Shown piece by piece: positions 35,739 through 48,952 of a stretch of DNA of 64,000 nt. The number at the start of each line of letters is the position of its first letter. Positions within the stretch are counted from its first letter, which is position 1. The notes beneath the pieces were generated by a model, which worked only from the letters and a program-made list of their open reading frames with translations, did no database searches and was not told where the DNA came from. Source of the DNA: Octopus vulgaris (lineage: Eukaryota); contig OX597817.1 of the NCBI GenBank assembly GCA_951406725.2, positions 35,774,001 to 35,838,000 on the forward strand. Reading direction: 5' to 3'. The position numbers were made by a program, and so were the translations under genes.

Positions 35739-37892
35739 CCAATACCAATATGTTTTAATGTAAATTTAAATAAATACCAGTGTGTGACATGAAAATTTCA
35801 AAATGATTTATATAGTTTCTGGAGTCATTAAAGGAAATAAAGTAAACACTTTCATGAACAAGATCAGCTCATAGAGCTTTGGACATTTGCAGAAATCAAA
35901 TCAGAGAATGGAAAATGAATTTCATACTTTGAGCAATGTCAATTTTAAACAGTCTGGTATTTATCCCTCCACATTGAGGAAAGTAAAGCATGATTCATTC
36001 AGTTGATGTCCATTTTTCTATGCCAGCATGGGTTAGACAAATACATATGGAAGCATTGTTTACAGCTGCATGTCTTCTTGTTAACCCTTGTTTTTCAAAT
36101 AAAGGATTTTATTTAATTCCACTTGTCTTTGCAAGTAAAAATCAAAGGATGATTTATGAACAACTTGTCAACATGATGTTATGACTAGTTTTTGAGCAAT
36201 AAGGATATGGAATGGAAACATTCACAGATACATGCACATGTATATACGATGGGCTTCCATGCAGTTTCTATCAACCAATTCCACTCATAAGGCATCGGTT
36301 AGCCTAAGATGTCAGCAGAAGTTACTTACCAAAGGTGCTGTGTAATGAGCTAGAACTTGAGGCCTCATGGTAACAAAGCTAACTCTGTATTCACAGACAT
36401 ACAGTTATACCTACACCTATGATGTAGAATTAAATATAATTCTTAAAAGACACAGAAAAAGTCAGTAGCATCTGATCCTGTGAGCCACATATAAACATTC
36501 TTATACTTTCAAGCTAATGGGAAAGCCTCTACATGAAATAGCAGCCAAAACTCATAAGAGCACAGTTTATCATCTTAAAAAGAGGACACATTGGATACTG
36601 TGATTCTTGATACACTGTATCTAGAAAACAAAATAAGACAGGATGGTCATGGCTGAAATATTTTTGGACACAGTTCTACTCAATCAGAGCTGACCTAAGG
36701 CTAAACAACAACTTCTATATTTTATCTAATTTTATTAACATTATACATTTTGACAATTGGCATAAATCCAGTAGGTTTTTTTTTCTGTTATTTTTTTAAT
36801 GCTTTTGTGTGTTAAGCCATTAATTCATGGTTGTTACCCTGGCTACGGATTTAAAAACTGTTTTGTTGATGCGGAATTTCATGCCTGATCTTATATAATC
36901 TTTTTCTCCAATCTCTTATACACAGGATTCAATCCCTGAATTTTAATTCATTCAGTTATGCATGAATTAACTATGAAAGGATATCCCCCAGACAGATAGA
37001 GAGATACAGAGTAGAGAAGACTTCTTTTTGTTTTGCTGCGTACACAGCAGCCCTACTAAAGCTGCTACAATGATAAAATGCTTCCAGTATATTCTATAAA
37101 GGAACTGGCAAACATGTGCAAACAATAAAGGGTTGAACAGACCTTTTGGTCTTGTCTTGCTCGCAGCATGACAACCTCTCTAGTGCTAGTGCCACAAAAT
37201 AATAATTGTTTTTTAAAGCTTTAAAGATAGTTTGATAATGTCTTCAACCTAATAGAATTTATATGGCCAGAAAAAAAAAAAAGATTCATTTCTAACTTGT
37301 TGAGGTTTTATTTTGTTCATATGCTTAATGTTAATTATTGACATTTATATCAATATTGTAATCTTGCTAATCTATAGAGATATATTATAAACTTTAATTT
37401 ATAACAATTACATTATGGAAAAAGCATTTTAGTCATTCAAAAACATGCAGAAACTGTTTGGCTAAAATAATTTTTCAATGTTGTAAAATTACTTTAATTT
37501 CAAATCAACATATTTTCTCAAATATCACTTGTGAGACAAGTACAACACTGAAAATTTAAATTATAGATTATCTCACAATAGCCAGGTATATAAAGGACTT
37601 GTATTTAGGTATTTTGTTCATTTGCAACAGGTCTCTGTAAAATGGCTGGTAATTGGAGAACATTCAACTAATGATAGTTTGCTAAAATAAAATGCCTGAG
37701 CAAGATGTGATCTCCTGGTATATTTAAGGAGGGCAGTAACTTTGAATAAGAACTGACTCAGAATGTGATAAACCCATCCAGCCTTTGCCAGCATGGAAAG
37801 TGAATGTTGAATAATGTTGATGAAATGTTTCTAATTACTGAATCACAACCAGGTTAAAAATTTCTAAATTCAGGTTGATAAGTTCACTGTTC

Positions 37893-38125
37893 TTATTTCT
37901 TTACTGCCCACTAGGGGGCTACACACAGAGGGGACAAACAAGGACAGACAAATGGATTAAGTCGATTATATCGACCCCAGTGCATAACTGGTACTTATTT
38001 AATCGACCCCGAAAGGATGGAAGGCAAAGTCGACCTTGGCGGAATTTGAACTCAACGTAGCAGCAGACGAAATACTGCTAAGCATTTTGCCTGGTGTGCT
38101 AACGTTTCTGCCAGTTCGCCGCCTT
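37893..38125 (-). mobile_element. young Meta/MESC-like SINE with TSD
   Basis: Full head ggcggcgaactggcagaaacgttagc; flanked by the direct repeat taagttcactgttctt. Confidence 0.9.
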
Positions 38126-38610
38126 TTAAGTTCACTGTTCTTGATAACAATGCCCTTCTGAGGGTGCATGTACATCATTTTTATGATGACCATAAACTGA
38201 AAGAAGGTATATACTAACACGGCAGAATGTTGCCTTCCTCTAATTTGATTTCTTACTTTAATTGGTCAGAAATGGTTTTCAATTGTCTTGAAATAACCAA
38301 TAGTTTTCTTGCTTTTATCAGCATGACTCTTTTTTAAATTATCAAGAAGTCATAAAGGTTTTAAAGGCTCTTTAGTTTCTATTTTTGTTGGAAGGTGGGG
38401 TGGGGGCTGAAACATCTTTCAGTAAAACCGACATTACTAGGAGTTACTGGGTATTTTGAATGTACTATGACAATGATAAAATAATCCCTGTCCCATGCAA
38501 AATATCTGAAATTTGAAAAAAAAAAAAGTTAGATATATCATTAGAAAAGCAGGAGAATTGGTATATATAACCTCCAACTGCATTAAATATCCAATTTTAT
38601 TCTTCTAAAT

Positions 38611-38923
38611 CAGAGGTTCTCAAACTTTTAGGGCCCCACCTCATGGCCACATAATACCCTCAGCGCCCCACCCCTATTTTTATGTATAAATATTTTATAT
38701 TTTACTAATTTATATATATACTATGAATCATTTGATATCTAATAATATTATATACTTTGTATACAATACTATAATAATATTATAATAAATTCATAGCGTC
38801 CTTCCAATCAACTGCCTTCCTCTCAACACCTCCTTTTTCTCTACCACCCCCTTAGGTACTAGTGCTCACTGGACTGTCTCAACACCCATTGGGGTGTGGT
38901 AGCATCCACTTTGAGAACCTATG
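38611..38923. mobile_element. hAT-type MITE
   Basis: CAGAGGTTCTCAAA / TTTGAGAACCTATG TIRs; perfect 8-bp TSD TTCTAAAT. Confidence 0.88.
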
Positions 38924-39595
38924 TTCTAAATTGATCTTCAACTAGAATTATAAGACTAAGTGCAAAAGAATTAATAATTATGCTTTTAATTTTATGATGT
39001 TAATTATACAATTTGCTATTTCACCATAGTCATGTAAGTCATCAAGTTCCTATCTTTTAAAATTAAAAATTGAATGGTTTTAGTTTGATAATGAAAAAGC
39101 ACTAAAAGTACACTAACAACAATAGCCACATCATGATTTTAGTAGTACAACCCTAATTTTAAGTTAAATTGCTACTTTCTCTAGAAGTAGGCCAATCTTA
39201 CATCTTCCACAAACTTAGTAACATTTTCAACACAAGCAATTTACATTTATACATATATTTGCACTCTTTATAAATTTGTTATCATATGAGGAGGTAAAAT
39301 AATTCAGTAGTCTGTCTTATTAAGAAGCATCTGCTCTAATTAACTGAATAAGTGACTGGAAGAGTTGTTGACTGTGCTTGAAAGAAGAGACAAACAAGAA
39401 AATGAAGAATGAAGATGTACTGGAGCTTCATAAGAAAAATCAATAATAATAAATGGTAGCTCAGAGAAGAACTTGTTTCTAATTAGGTACGAATTGTGCA
39501 CTTTAATCATAAACATCACTAAGACACAATAGAATGTTCTGAATGATGACCATGACCCATTGCTATTTTTACTGGTCACTTCTTTTTAATATCGT

Positions 39596-39846
39596 GGAGG
39601 CACGGGGCTTAGTGGTTAGGGTGTCAGCATCACGATCATAAGATTGTGGTTTCAATTCCTAGACCGGGCGACGTGTTGTATTCTTGAGTAAAACGTTTCA
39701 TTTCGCGTTGCTCCAGTCCACTCAGCTGGCAAAAATGAGTAACTCTGCAATGGATTGGCGTATCCCATCCAGCTGGGGAACACATATGCTATAGAAACTG
39801 GGAAACCAGGCCCATGAGCCTGGCTAGGCTTTAAAAGGATGCATTT
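39596..39846 (+). mobile_element. tRNA-derived SINE (ggaggcacgtggcttagtggttaggg family)
   Basis: A and B boxes; same family as 46691 and 53324. Confidence 0.85.
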
Positions 39847-39911
39847 ATTTTATATTTTTTCCTTTTCAATATCAATGATGGTGTTTTAAACCTTAATGAG
39901 AAATTCAGAAA

Positions 39912-40346
39912 TAGGTGCAGGCATAGCTGTATGGAAAGACTTTTGCTTCCCAACCACCTGGTTCTGGGTTCAGTCTCACTGCATGGCATCTTGGGTAGGT
40001 GTCTTTTGCTATAACTCCAGATTGACCAAAGCCTTGTAAGTGAATTTAGTACATGGAAACTGAAAAAAGCCTCCTGTAGTGTATGTGTGTGTGTGTGCAT
40101 GCTTATGTCCCCTTGACTTACCATTATGTGGTAGTTGTAAAAATGACTATCAATGTCATATAAGAGGTGTCCTTCATTTACCACATTCTGCAAGAACATG
40201 TCTGGACATGGGAAATATTACCATTCTTGAAAATAGGTGAGGGCTGGAGATAGGAAGGGCATCTAACTGTAGAAAATCTGCTTCAGTATATTCCATCCTA
40301 CTCATCCAATCATGGTAAAGTGGATGCTAAAATGATGATGATGATG
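39912..40346 (+). mobile_element. chimeric SINE: CORE-type head with a (GAT)n-family tail
   Basis: 5' part like 20198; 3' part aggaagggcatctaactgtagaaa...(GAT)n. Confidence 0.7.
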
Positions 40347-40592
40347 AATTCAATCATAAGTTTTCTTCCCATATTTTGGGATATAGTTTTGGATGTCTTC
40401 ACACAATAATTATGTAAAAATGATATTCTTGTTATTTATTGGCATCAGTTAACTATAATGTCAGAATTTACAATTGATCATCTCAGCTGAATTTTATGCT
40501 ATAAAGCTGCATCATAAACATATGTTTATATACGATGTAGCTGCAAATGATCATGTTTAATTAATTACAAATAGCCAATCAGATTTCATATA

Positions 40593-42010
40593 CACTGAAC
40601 CACAAAAGAAACGCGAGACATGTGTGACTGAGAAATATGTTTTAATTTCATTATGTCAGAGATAAATTTTGATAAATCTGATGAAGTCAATTTTTTGGAT
40701 GCACTTTGACCACAGTCTATGGGTCGTTGTTATGTGTTCTGGTAGTGGGCAGATCCAGCACATTGAGATTGTAGGGTGTGACATGTTCAATACCGTGAAT
40801 GCCCTCCGTGGGTGTTCAAAATAGCCATACACCATCAGTACATGGAGTGCATGAGGCGGTTTACAAAAGCCATTGGTACCTGTGACCACACCTTGAGTAA
40901 AGCTGCCTCCAATTTCACACGAGTTGTCAGCTTTGGAACCACCTGGTTCAGCCTTCTCTGGATTTCATCCCACAGGTATTCAATTGGGTTCAAATCCGGG
41001 CTGAGAGCTGGCCTCAGCATGGTTCTGATGTTGTGCTGATGCAGGAAACCCATGGTAACCCTGGCTGTGTGGGAGGGAGCATTGTCCTGCTGGAATATGC
41101 GGCTGTGGGGACATGCAAAGAAAAGCATGATGTGTGGTCTTAGGATCTGGCCAATGTAGCGCTATGCTGTGATATCATTCCCTTTGCCCACACCAACATT
41201 TTGGAACACATGGGGCTCAGTTCTCTGATTCAGGCTTATAGCACCCCAAACCATGATGCTTTGGCCACCCCACACATCTCTGTAGCGTTTATCCCTCCTA
41301 TGTCACACCCTCACTCTGCCATCCGAGGTTGAAATGCAGTACTGGCTCTCAGCAGAGAAGACTACCGAACTCCATTGTTGGTGCCACCAATGTCAGTGGT
41401 GTGTGCCCCACTGTAGTCATGCTTGACAGTGGTGGGCAGTGAGGACAGGCTCTTGAGCAGGATGATGGCAATGCAGGTTGTTGGCAGCCAGTCGACATCA
41501 TACTGTGTCATCACTGATGGGTCACTGTCTAATGCCTATGGCCTTGCAAGCTGTCATGCTGGCTGGTCTGAAGCAATCATGAAGGTGTTGCAGGTGGATA
41601 AAGTGGTCCTGCCTGGGCATGGTCACCTGAGAGTGCCTTCTGCGGGCACAGTCTACAGTGCTGTTAGTGTTGTTGTATCGTTGCAGGCAATAGATGGTGC
41701 TGACATGAACATTGTAAGCTTTTGCAATAACCAGGGCACGCTGCCCTGCTTGAAAATTGGCCAATAGCTTGTTCTCCCTGTGCTGCTGACAACTGGGTCA
41801 TACCTGATGTGTCCAAATTACGAATGCCAGGAACGTGGTTCAAGTTGATTTTTATACCCATAACTTCCACGAGATGCATGTGCATTTTGGTTTTCATGAC
41901 AATTGTTTGCGACTGCCACCTATGGCATTCAATGCAGCTGCATTTTGGCATCTTGTTTAGTATTGAAGTGTCTCCGAGTTTAGTATTGAAGCAAGTGAAA
42001 AGTTGATTTC
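40593..42010 (-). mobile_element. decayed Tc1 (DD34E) transposon
   Basis: TA|CACTGAACCACAAAAGAAACGC left terminus; broken transposase about 41801-40787; right TIR not found. Confidence 0.9.
40787..41801 (-). pseudogene. Tc1 transposase pseudogene
   Basis: MTQLSAAQGEQAIG start; VFSAES (first catalytic D changed to A); FQQDNA-34 aa-E (SPDLNPIE); GGHSRY* end; frameshifted. Confidence 0.9.
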
Positions 42011-44749
42011 TTGTTCATAAATTGCTCCAGCATAATGGCTTTATCCTAGGATTATGAAAATAACCCTATGTGGTTGCTCAGTTTGCTAAAATTGGCCACC
42101 AAATCCTTCTGCATGTTACAACTTGCCCTCTTAAAAAGGAAGGAAACTTTACATAATGAAGTCCTATATACACTACACCTAACAAAAAACTGAATAGTTG
42201 GATGGTCATGGTCAGCTTACCTTTGATCAAATCTTTTCTTGATCAAGGGTAACCTTTGAGCTAAACAACAGCAACAACAAAAGAATTGTTAATTTGTGAC
42301 AGAATTATTAGAGCATCAGAACAAATGCTTTGTAATATTTCTCCTGACGTTTTATGTTTCAAGTTCAAATCCCACCAAGGAAGTCGACTTTATCATTCAT
42401 TCTTCCAGGGTCATTAAAATGAAGTACACAGCTACTGTGGAGTGGGGTGGGGAACTGGTCCTCAAAATTTCTGATCTTGTCTCTAAATTAGAAACAATAT
42501 TGTGAAGAGGATACACACATAAATGTTTGGAGAAACAAGACCAGAACCATTGGCACAGCAAGTTAAGTGCTTAGTGACATTTCTTCTGGTACTTTACATT
42601 GTAAGTTTAAATTCTGCTGAGGTCAACTTCACCATTTATTATTTTGGAATCAATAAATAAAGTACCAGTTGAGCACTGAAGTTAATATAATCAACTAACC
42701 TTCTCCCTACTAAAGTCAATAGTAGAAACAATCTTTTAAAGTCTGCACCAAATATTCTTTCCACTATTTCTGAAATTGTCCAAATAACAGTGGATTTTGT
42801 GAATCTCAAATTATTAGGGAAACCAGGAAATATTTTGAAAAACTGAAAATAATGTTAGCATAATTCGTAAAAAGATTTCTGTTGTGATGAGAATGTTCAT
42901 GTAATGACTTCCTGTTGAGATGTTGATCAGTAGAAGTGGTGTTTGTTGTAGCTCCTTATGTTTTAAGTTTAAATCTCATTCCTTTTAGGTTGATAAAATG
43001 AATTCCCAATTAAGTACTGGCAACTGAACAAAGTGAAAAATCTAGCAACTTAGCAGTTGAAATTTCCTTTCCTATCACTTTAACTCTTTTGATATCAAGC
43101 CACCTGATAACACCCCTGGTTCTATATGCAAACGTCTTGTTTCAAAGTGATCAAAGTTAAAAACCTTGCATCAAAATTACTAGTTAATTTAAGTTCCAAA
43201 AACCAGATTAATACTGACAAAATTATTTTAATAAATTCTTCATTATTTTCAAAATTAATTGAAACAAAAGCAGAGCATTTCAACAGAAATGTGGTAACAA
43301 AAGGTTGACTGTAGTAGTTGCTTCCTACCTATCTGTGTTGAAACACAGATGTTCATGAGAGACTCAAGCTACATTTCATGAACATAGATGTTCATCAGAG
43401 AGTCAAGTCACATATCATGGAAAGCAGACGTTAAACAATGATGATGATATCAATAATTTAGTGAATGACAAAATAAGGGCATAACAGTTATAGTATCTTT
43501 TTTATTATTATTATTCATTGTTTTAATGAAATACAGGATGATGGGTGATTAGTTGAATCATTAAAGTGTTGAACAAAATACCTTGTGGTGTTTGTTGTAG
43601 TTCCTTATGCTATTAAGTTTAAATCTCATTCCTTTTAGGTTGATAAAATGAATTCACAATTAAGTACTGAGACTGATGTAAACGACTATTCTTTGCCAAA
43701 TTTCAAGCCTTGTGTCTATGTTAGGAACAATTGTTTTAATGAAATATATTGATTTTATATTTGATCACCAATTTGTAAAGGAAGTTGGCCAGATTTTCAT
43801 AATCTCAAATCAACACACAAAATTGTATTTTAAACATAAAATATACACAAAGTATGTATGACAATTTTCATTTTACTACTGGACAATTTTAATACATATA
43901 TGGTTACAGTCACTATAATCTAAGACTGGAATTTTTTAACTCGGTTTCTTTTCTTATATATAATTTCAAATCCCTGTTCAGTTTGCAGTTTGTGTTTGAA
44001 AGTCGTGTTAAGTCATTTTGTAATGTTCTTTGATCTACAACTCAACTTTCAATATTTTTGAAAGAAGGAAATTGCTTTATTGGTTTTTTTCTCCAAGCTA
44101 TATTCATTAAACTAAAGATGTTTAGGAACTGCATTGAAATGTGTGTAGTAAAAATTCATAATTATATTTGTCTGTTTCTTCTCAAATGTTATTTTGTAAT
44201 CATTCATTTTGAAGGATTTTTGTAGAAATTAGAAATATGGTATTGCATAAATGATGGAATACAGAAAAGTTGAATGGATAAAGTGTGAGCTTGAAAGCAA
44301 GAATTTAATTCCTTACATGTCCTAGTTTTTCTGTCCCTATTCACTTCTATTCACCTCATATAAGGGTTCACCACTATTTTATTTCTCTTTTCAGTTCCAT
44401 CCTGTTTACTATAACTCTCTCTCTTCTATAATGCGAATTGTTATGTAACTCTTCTAAAGAAAAAAAAAACTCTCTTCTGGCCACTTCTATCATCCCTGTA
44501 CATAAAACTGCTTCCCTAATTAATTTATCTTGCAAGCTGCATAATGACCTCACTAGTTTTGGTGTCATGAAAAAAGCAACCAGTACACCTTGTAATGTGG
44601 TTGGTATTAGGAAGAGCACTCAGCCATAGAAACTATGCTAAAGCAGACACTGGAGCATGGTGCTGTCCCTGAACTTGTTGATTCCAGTCACACTGTCCAA
44701 TCTATACCAACATGGAAGATGGACAATAAAGCATGAGGATTTCCATTCC

Positions 44750-45232
44750 ATTGATGAATGAACCAAATTCGATGACTGGCACCCATGCCAGTGGAGCGCT
44801 AACAGCTCCATCCAAGTGGGAACACTGCCAGAGCAGCTGTCTGGCACATAAAGAGCACCATTTGAGCGTGATCGTTGTCAGCATCGCCTCACTGGCACTT
44901 GTGCTGGTTGCACGTGAACAAAACATTTGAGTGAGGTTGTTGCCAGTGCTGCTGGACTGACTCCTGTGCAGGTGGCACGTAAAAAACACCATTTTCGAGC
45001 GTGGCTGTTGCCAGTACTGCCAGACTGGCCCTCGTGCTGCTGGCACGTTAAAAGCACCCACTACACTCTCGGAGTGGTTGGCGTGAGGAAGGGCATCCAG
45101 CTGTAGAAACCCTGCCAGGTCAGATTGGAGCCTGCTGCAGCCATCTGGTTCGCCAGTCCTCAGTCAAATCGTCCAACCCATACTAGCATGGAAAGTGGAC
45201 GTTAAACGATGATGGTGATGCTGATGATGATG
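44750..45232 (+). mobile_element. (GAT)n-tailed SINE with internal subrepeats
   Basis: Family motif and tail present. Confidence 0.85.
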
Positions 45233-45736
45233 TTATTGTGGCATCTGTTGAAATGTGAACGTCTTTAATAGTGATTGTTGGCCAGTAGGGGGTCGGCAGT
45301 AATTCAAATTCTCTTGTAATCTAATACTTACCATCCAGATAATGTGAGTGCAGACAATCATATTATTTGAACAACTGAAAATGTTGCCAATTCCGATAAT
45401 TGAAGTCTGTTGTTGCTAGAGAGATATAGAACTAAAAGTTTAAGTTCTAATTTGCTATTTTTCACATATATAAAATTTCAGATTTGACACCAATAAAAAC
45501 GTAGTACTTTTCATCAGTTGGCAAGGCCAACATTCTGCTATCTACAAAAGCTAGGATTTTACTAGTCTCATTAGAACATTCTCACTCAAATGAGGAACAT
45601 CTGGCAACCCCAGGTTTTAAACTATAATTTGAAATGACTACTATTTAGTTATTGTTGCTGTTTTTGTTGTTATTTAGTTTCAAGTCAACCCTTCATCAAG
45701 CTGACCTTGGATGAAAGGCATTCAAGCTATGGCCTC

Positions 45737-46137
45737 TCTCTCTCTCTCTTTTACTCTTTTACTTGTTTCAGTCATTTGACTGCGGCCATGATGGAGCACC
45801 ACCTTTAGTCGAGAAAATCGACCCCAGGACTTATTCTTTGTAAGCCTAGTACTTACTCTATCGGTCTCTTTTTGCCAAACTGCTAAGTTATGGGGATGTA
45901 AACACACCAGCATCGGTTGTCAAGCGATGTTGGGTGGGGGTGCAAATACAGACACACAAACATACACACATATATATACATATATACGACGGGCTTCTTT
46001 CAGTTTCTGTCTACCAAATCCACTCACAAGGCTTTGGTTGGCCCGAGGCTAAAGTAGAAAACACTTGCCCAAGGTACCATGCAGTGGGACCATGTGGTTG
46101 GTAAGCAAGCTTCTTACCACACAGCCACTCCTGCGCC
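45737..46137 (-). mobile_element. CORE-type SINE (duplicate at about 52375-52767)
   Basis: Reverse complement of the 20198 family. Confidence 0.85.
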
Positions 46138-46690
46138 ATTAATTTTCTAATTATTTTTCTGGAATAGTGTATATTAGGTTAAAAAAATCCAGTGTATTCT
46201 TCTTTTAGGATGATAGGGTATGTTTCAAGGGAGATTTTGCTGTTATTTCTAGAAGGTTGAGCAAGTATGCAAAAGCTCCTTCATTGGCTTGACTATGATT
46301 TAGTTAACAAGGGCAGCGAGCTGTAGATACTGTTGTGCTAGACTAAATAGCATCAACTACTTCAAACGCATTCAAATTTTATATTCTGCATTAAAATCCT
46401 GTTGGAATTAACTATTCCTATAATCCTCTTTCTAGCAAGAAGCAATTAAGATTGAGACGGGATGGACAGTCTAATCAGGAATATCTGTGTCTGTACACAA
46501 ATTTACTTTATGTCTAGTTAAAAGAAATTTTCAATCCACTTAACAGATTCTTGAATTCTGATGAGAAGTCCATAATCAAAAACACCATATTTATTTGAGT
46601 TTAATACATACAATACATACCCATAATTTTGGGCAATGAAATTCCAGAAAAAAATATGTACTAATTTTTTCTTAGTATTACAATATATGT

Positions 46691-46940
46691 GGAGGCACGT
46701 GGCTTAGTGGTTAGGGTGTAAGCACCATGATCGTAAGATTGTGGTTTCGATTCCTGGACCGGGCAACGTGTTGTGTTCTTGAGCAAAACACTTCATTTCA
46801 CGTTGCTCCAGTCCACTCAGCTAGCAAAAATGAGTAATGCTGCGATGGACTGGCATCCCGTCCAGCTGGGGAACACATACGCCATAGAAACCGGGAAACT
46901 AGGCCCATGGGCCTGGCTAGGCTTTTAAAAAAGTGCACAT
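46691..46940 (+). mobile_element. tRNA-derived SINE with 14-bp TSD (duplicate at 53324)
   Basis: tattacaatatatg at 46676-46689 and 46957-46970; GGTTTCGATTCC B box. Confidence 0.9.
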
Positions 46941-48160
46941 TTTTTTTTAAAGATTTTATTACAATATATGGAAAAAGGAATTGTTTAGTCTCATTTATTA
47001 TAAGTTCCCTGTCTAAATTACACAGTAACAGTTCTCATGCCCCAAATAAAACAAAAAGCAGATTTGAAAGTGATATTTGAATTTACTAGTGTAGACTGTA
47101 AAAGTGCACATGCTGAAAATTTAACATTGTAAAAATCATAGAATCATGTTTTGTTTTTTTGTTGTTTTTTTTTCTCCAGAAAATCAATTTATTTTGAAAA
47201 TCATGTTGTACTTTCATTTTTACTCAATTTTACAATTTAATTTGCACAGTGATGCATACATCACTAACCATGTTGTCTCAGGAGAACAAAATATTTTTGT
47301 TTAAGCATGCATTTTTTTATTAAATTCCCCTAACTTTATTATTTTTATTATTTTTTACAGTCTCTTGATTTTCATTTTGGACATCTGGCAAATGTTTTTA
47401 ATTTAAAATTGTTTTTCAAAATTGAAAAAAATTAAATCTGAATCTTTATAAATTGAAGCACATTTTAAATTTTTTCTACATTTAAGGACATAATAGGAAT
47501 AGATATTGCCTATTTTTAGTACAAATGTATGTCAAAATAATGGAGGTGGCATGAACCCAGCCTGCTCTGAAGAGCTGAGGCCTTTACAGAAGCAGTAGAA
47601 AATGGCTGAGAGAGGAAACAATGTGCCTTTGGGTCAGAGTCTTTAGTGTGTCTGTCAGTGGCATTATTTAGTATTGACTGCAAATACAATAAATGAATCT
47701 AATAAATAAATGTGTATTGGTAACTAGGAGTATAAATGAGCTAAACTAGGGTAAGGTTCTTTCCTACCTACCAGATTACTGTATTTATTTTGAGATGCTC
47801 TGTGTTTCTCTCAATTGTTTTAGATATAACAAAGAACTTAGTAAAATAACTTAGTTATCATTAAGCTTCAGTGTTAGGAACATAAATTGGGACTAAGGTT
47901 TGGTGGAAGATTTTAATACAAAACTTATGAAAGCAAGACATTTGTACTACAGGGCTACAGCCGGGTTGGTAATGAAAGGGTTAAAGCTAATAAAGTACTT
48001 TTTTTGATTAATCATGTTAGATTATGAGCTCACAAACAGGAAAATGTGAAAAAATCATAATCTGTGTGATTTTAATTAGATAATTTAGGTAAAGGATTTC
48101 AGGTAAAACTTAAAAAAGATAGTGAAATTATTTAGTACTTTACATAACTTATATAATTTA

Positions 48161-48952
48161 CTAGCAGCATAGCCCGACGTTGCCCGGGTATGTAAGAGCC
48201 CCTAGTAGGCAACGACTAATCCCAATCTAGTCCTTTCCCTCTAGGGAACGAAGGCGCATGTGTAGGTTGCAATGTCTTCTCTTCACTCCCAAATAACTAT
48301 CAAACAGTTATCGATAATTCAACCCAACCAATTCCTACCAGGAAGAAATTACATTCGAGACTTTACTCCCAACACTTCTGCTAATAGCTGCTGCAGCCGC
48401 AAGTTATTCGAATACTTTTTTTGTTTATACTTTCTTTATAACTACCACCCCAAACGTTTTACCTTAAATTTTTGACGTACCCTAAGGGTCCTCGGGCATA
48501 CTTGCAAACTCTTGGTTTATTATAAACCGCTTTTGTCGTGTGCACCAAAAAACCTTTTCCATTCGTTTGTTCAGTTTGGTCACCTTTGACTTTTTCGTTG
48601 TTGTCACTCACATTGCTGCCCACTTTTTTGCCGTTTTTGTACATTTTTATACATTTTGGGATACTTATCCCACGTGTTCCGAGAGTTAAAAAGGTCGAGT
48701 TGCGTTCCCTAGACAGTCTGCAGAAAATGTGTTGCATATAAAAAGCTTTAGATTCTCGACCCATGTCGAATTTATCGATTTTTTTCAGAACCGGGGGAAC
48801 TTTTCAAAATTTTCGCTGCGTTAGTTTTGAATTATGACATTGTGCTATGTGTGTGTCAAGTTTCATCAGAATCGGTTGAAAGCCGTGGTCAGGGTGAGGG
48901 TACAACCTGACAGACACACAGACAGACAAACTGCCGTTTATATATAGAGAGA
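48161..48952 (-). mobile_element. non-autonomous Helitron
   Basis: Minus strand A|TC...CTAG|T; subterminal hairpin cccgggcaacgtcggg; (CTGT)n near the 5' end. Confidence 0.85.

Noticed and set aside
39340-39579. 79-aa minus-strand ORF or purine-rich exon-like stretch
   Set aside because: No recognisable domain and no convincing splice-site pair
47560-47625. CTGAAGA...GAAA as a hammerhead
   Set aside because: No convincing stems I, II or III and no palindromic helix III
48272-48764. ORFs of 67-101 aa repeated at 54895-55365
   Set aside because: Internal to a non-autonomous Helitron with no Rep/helicase motifs; the repetition is due to the 6.5-kb duplication
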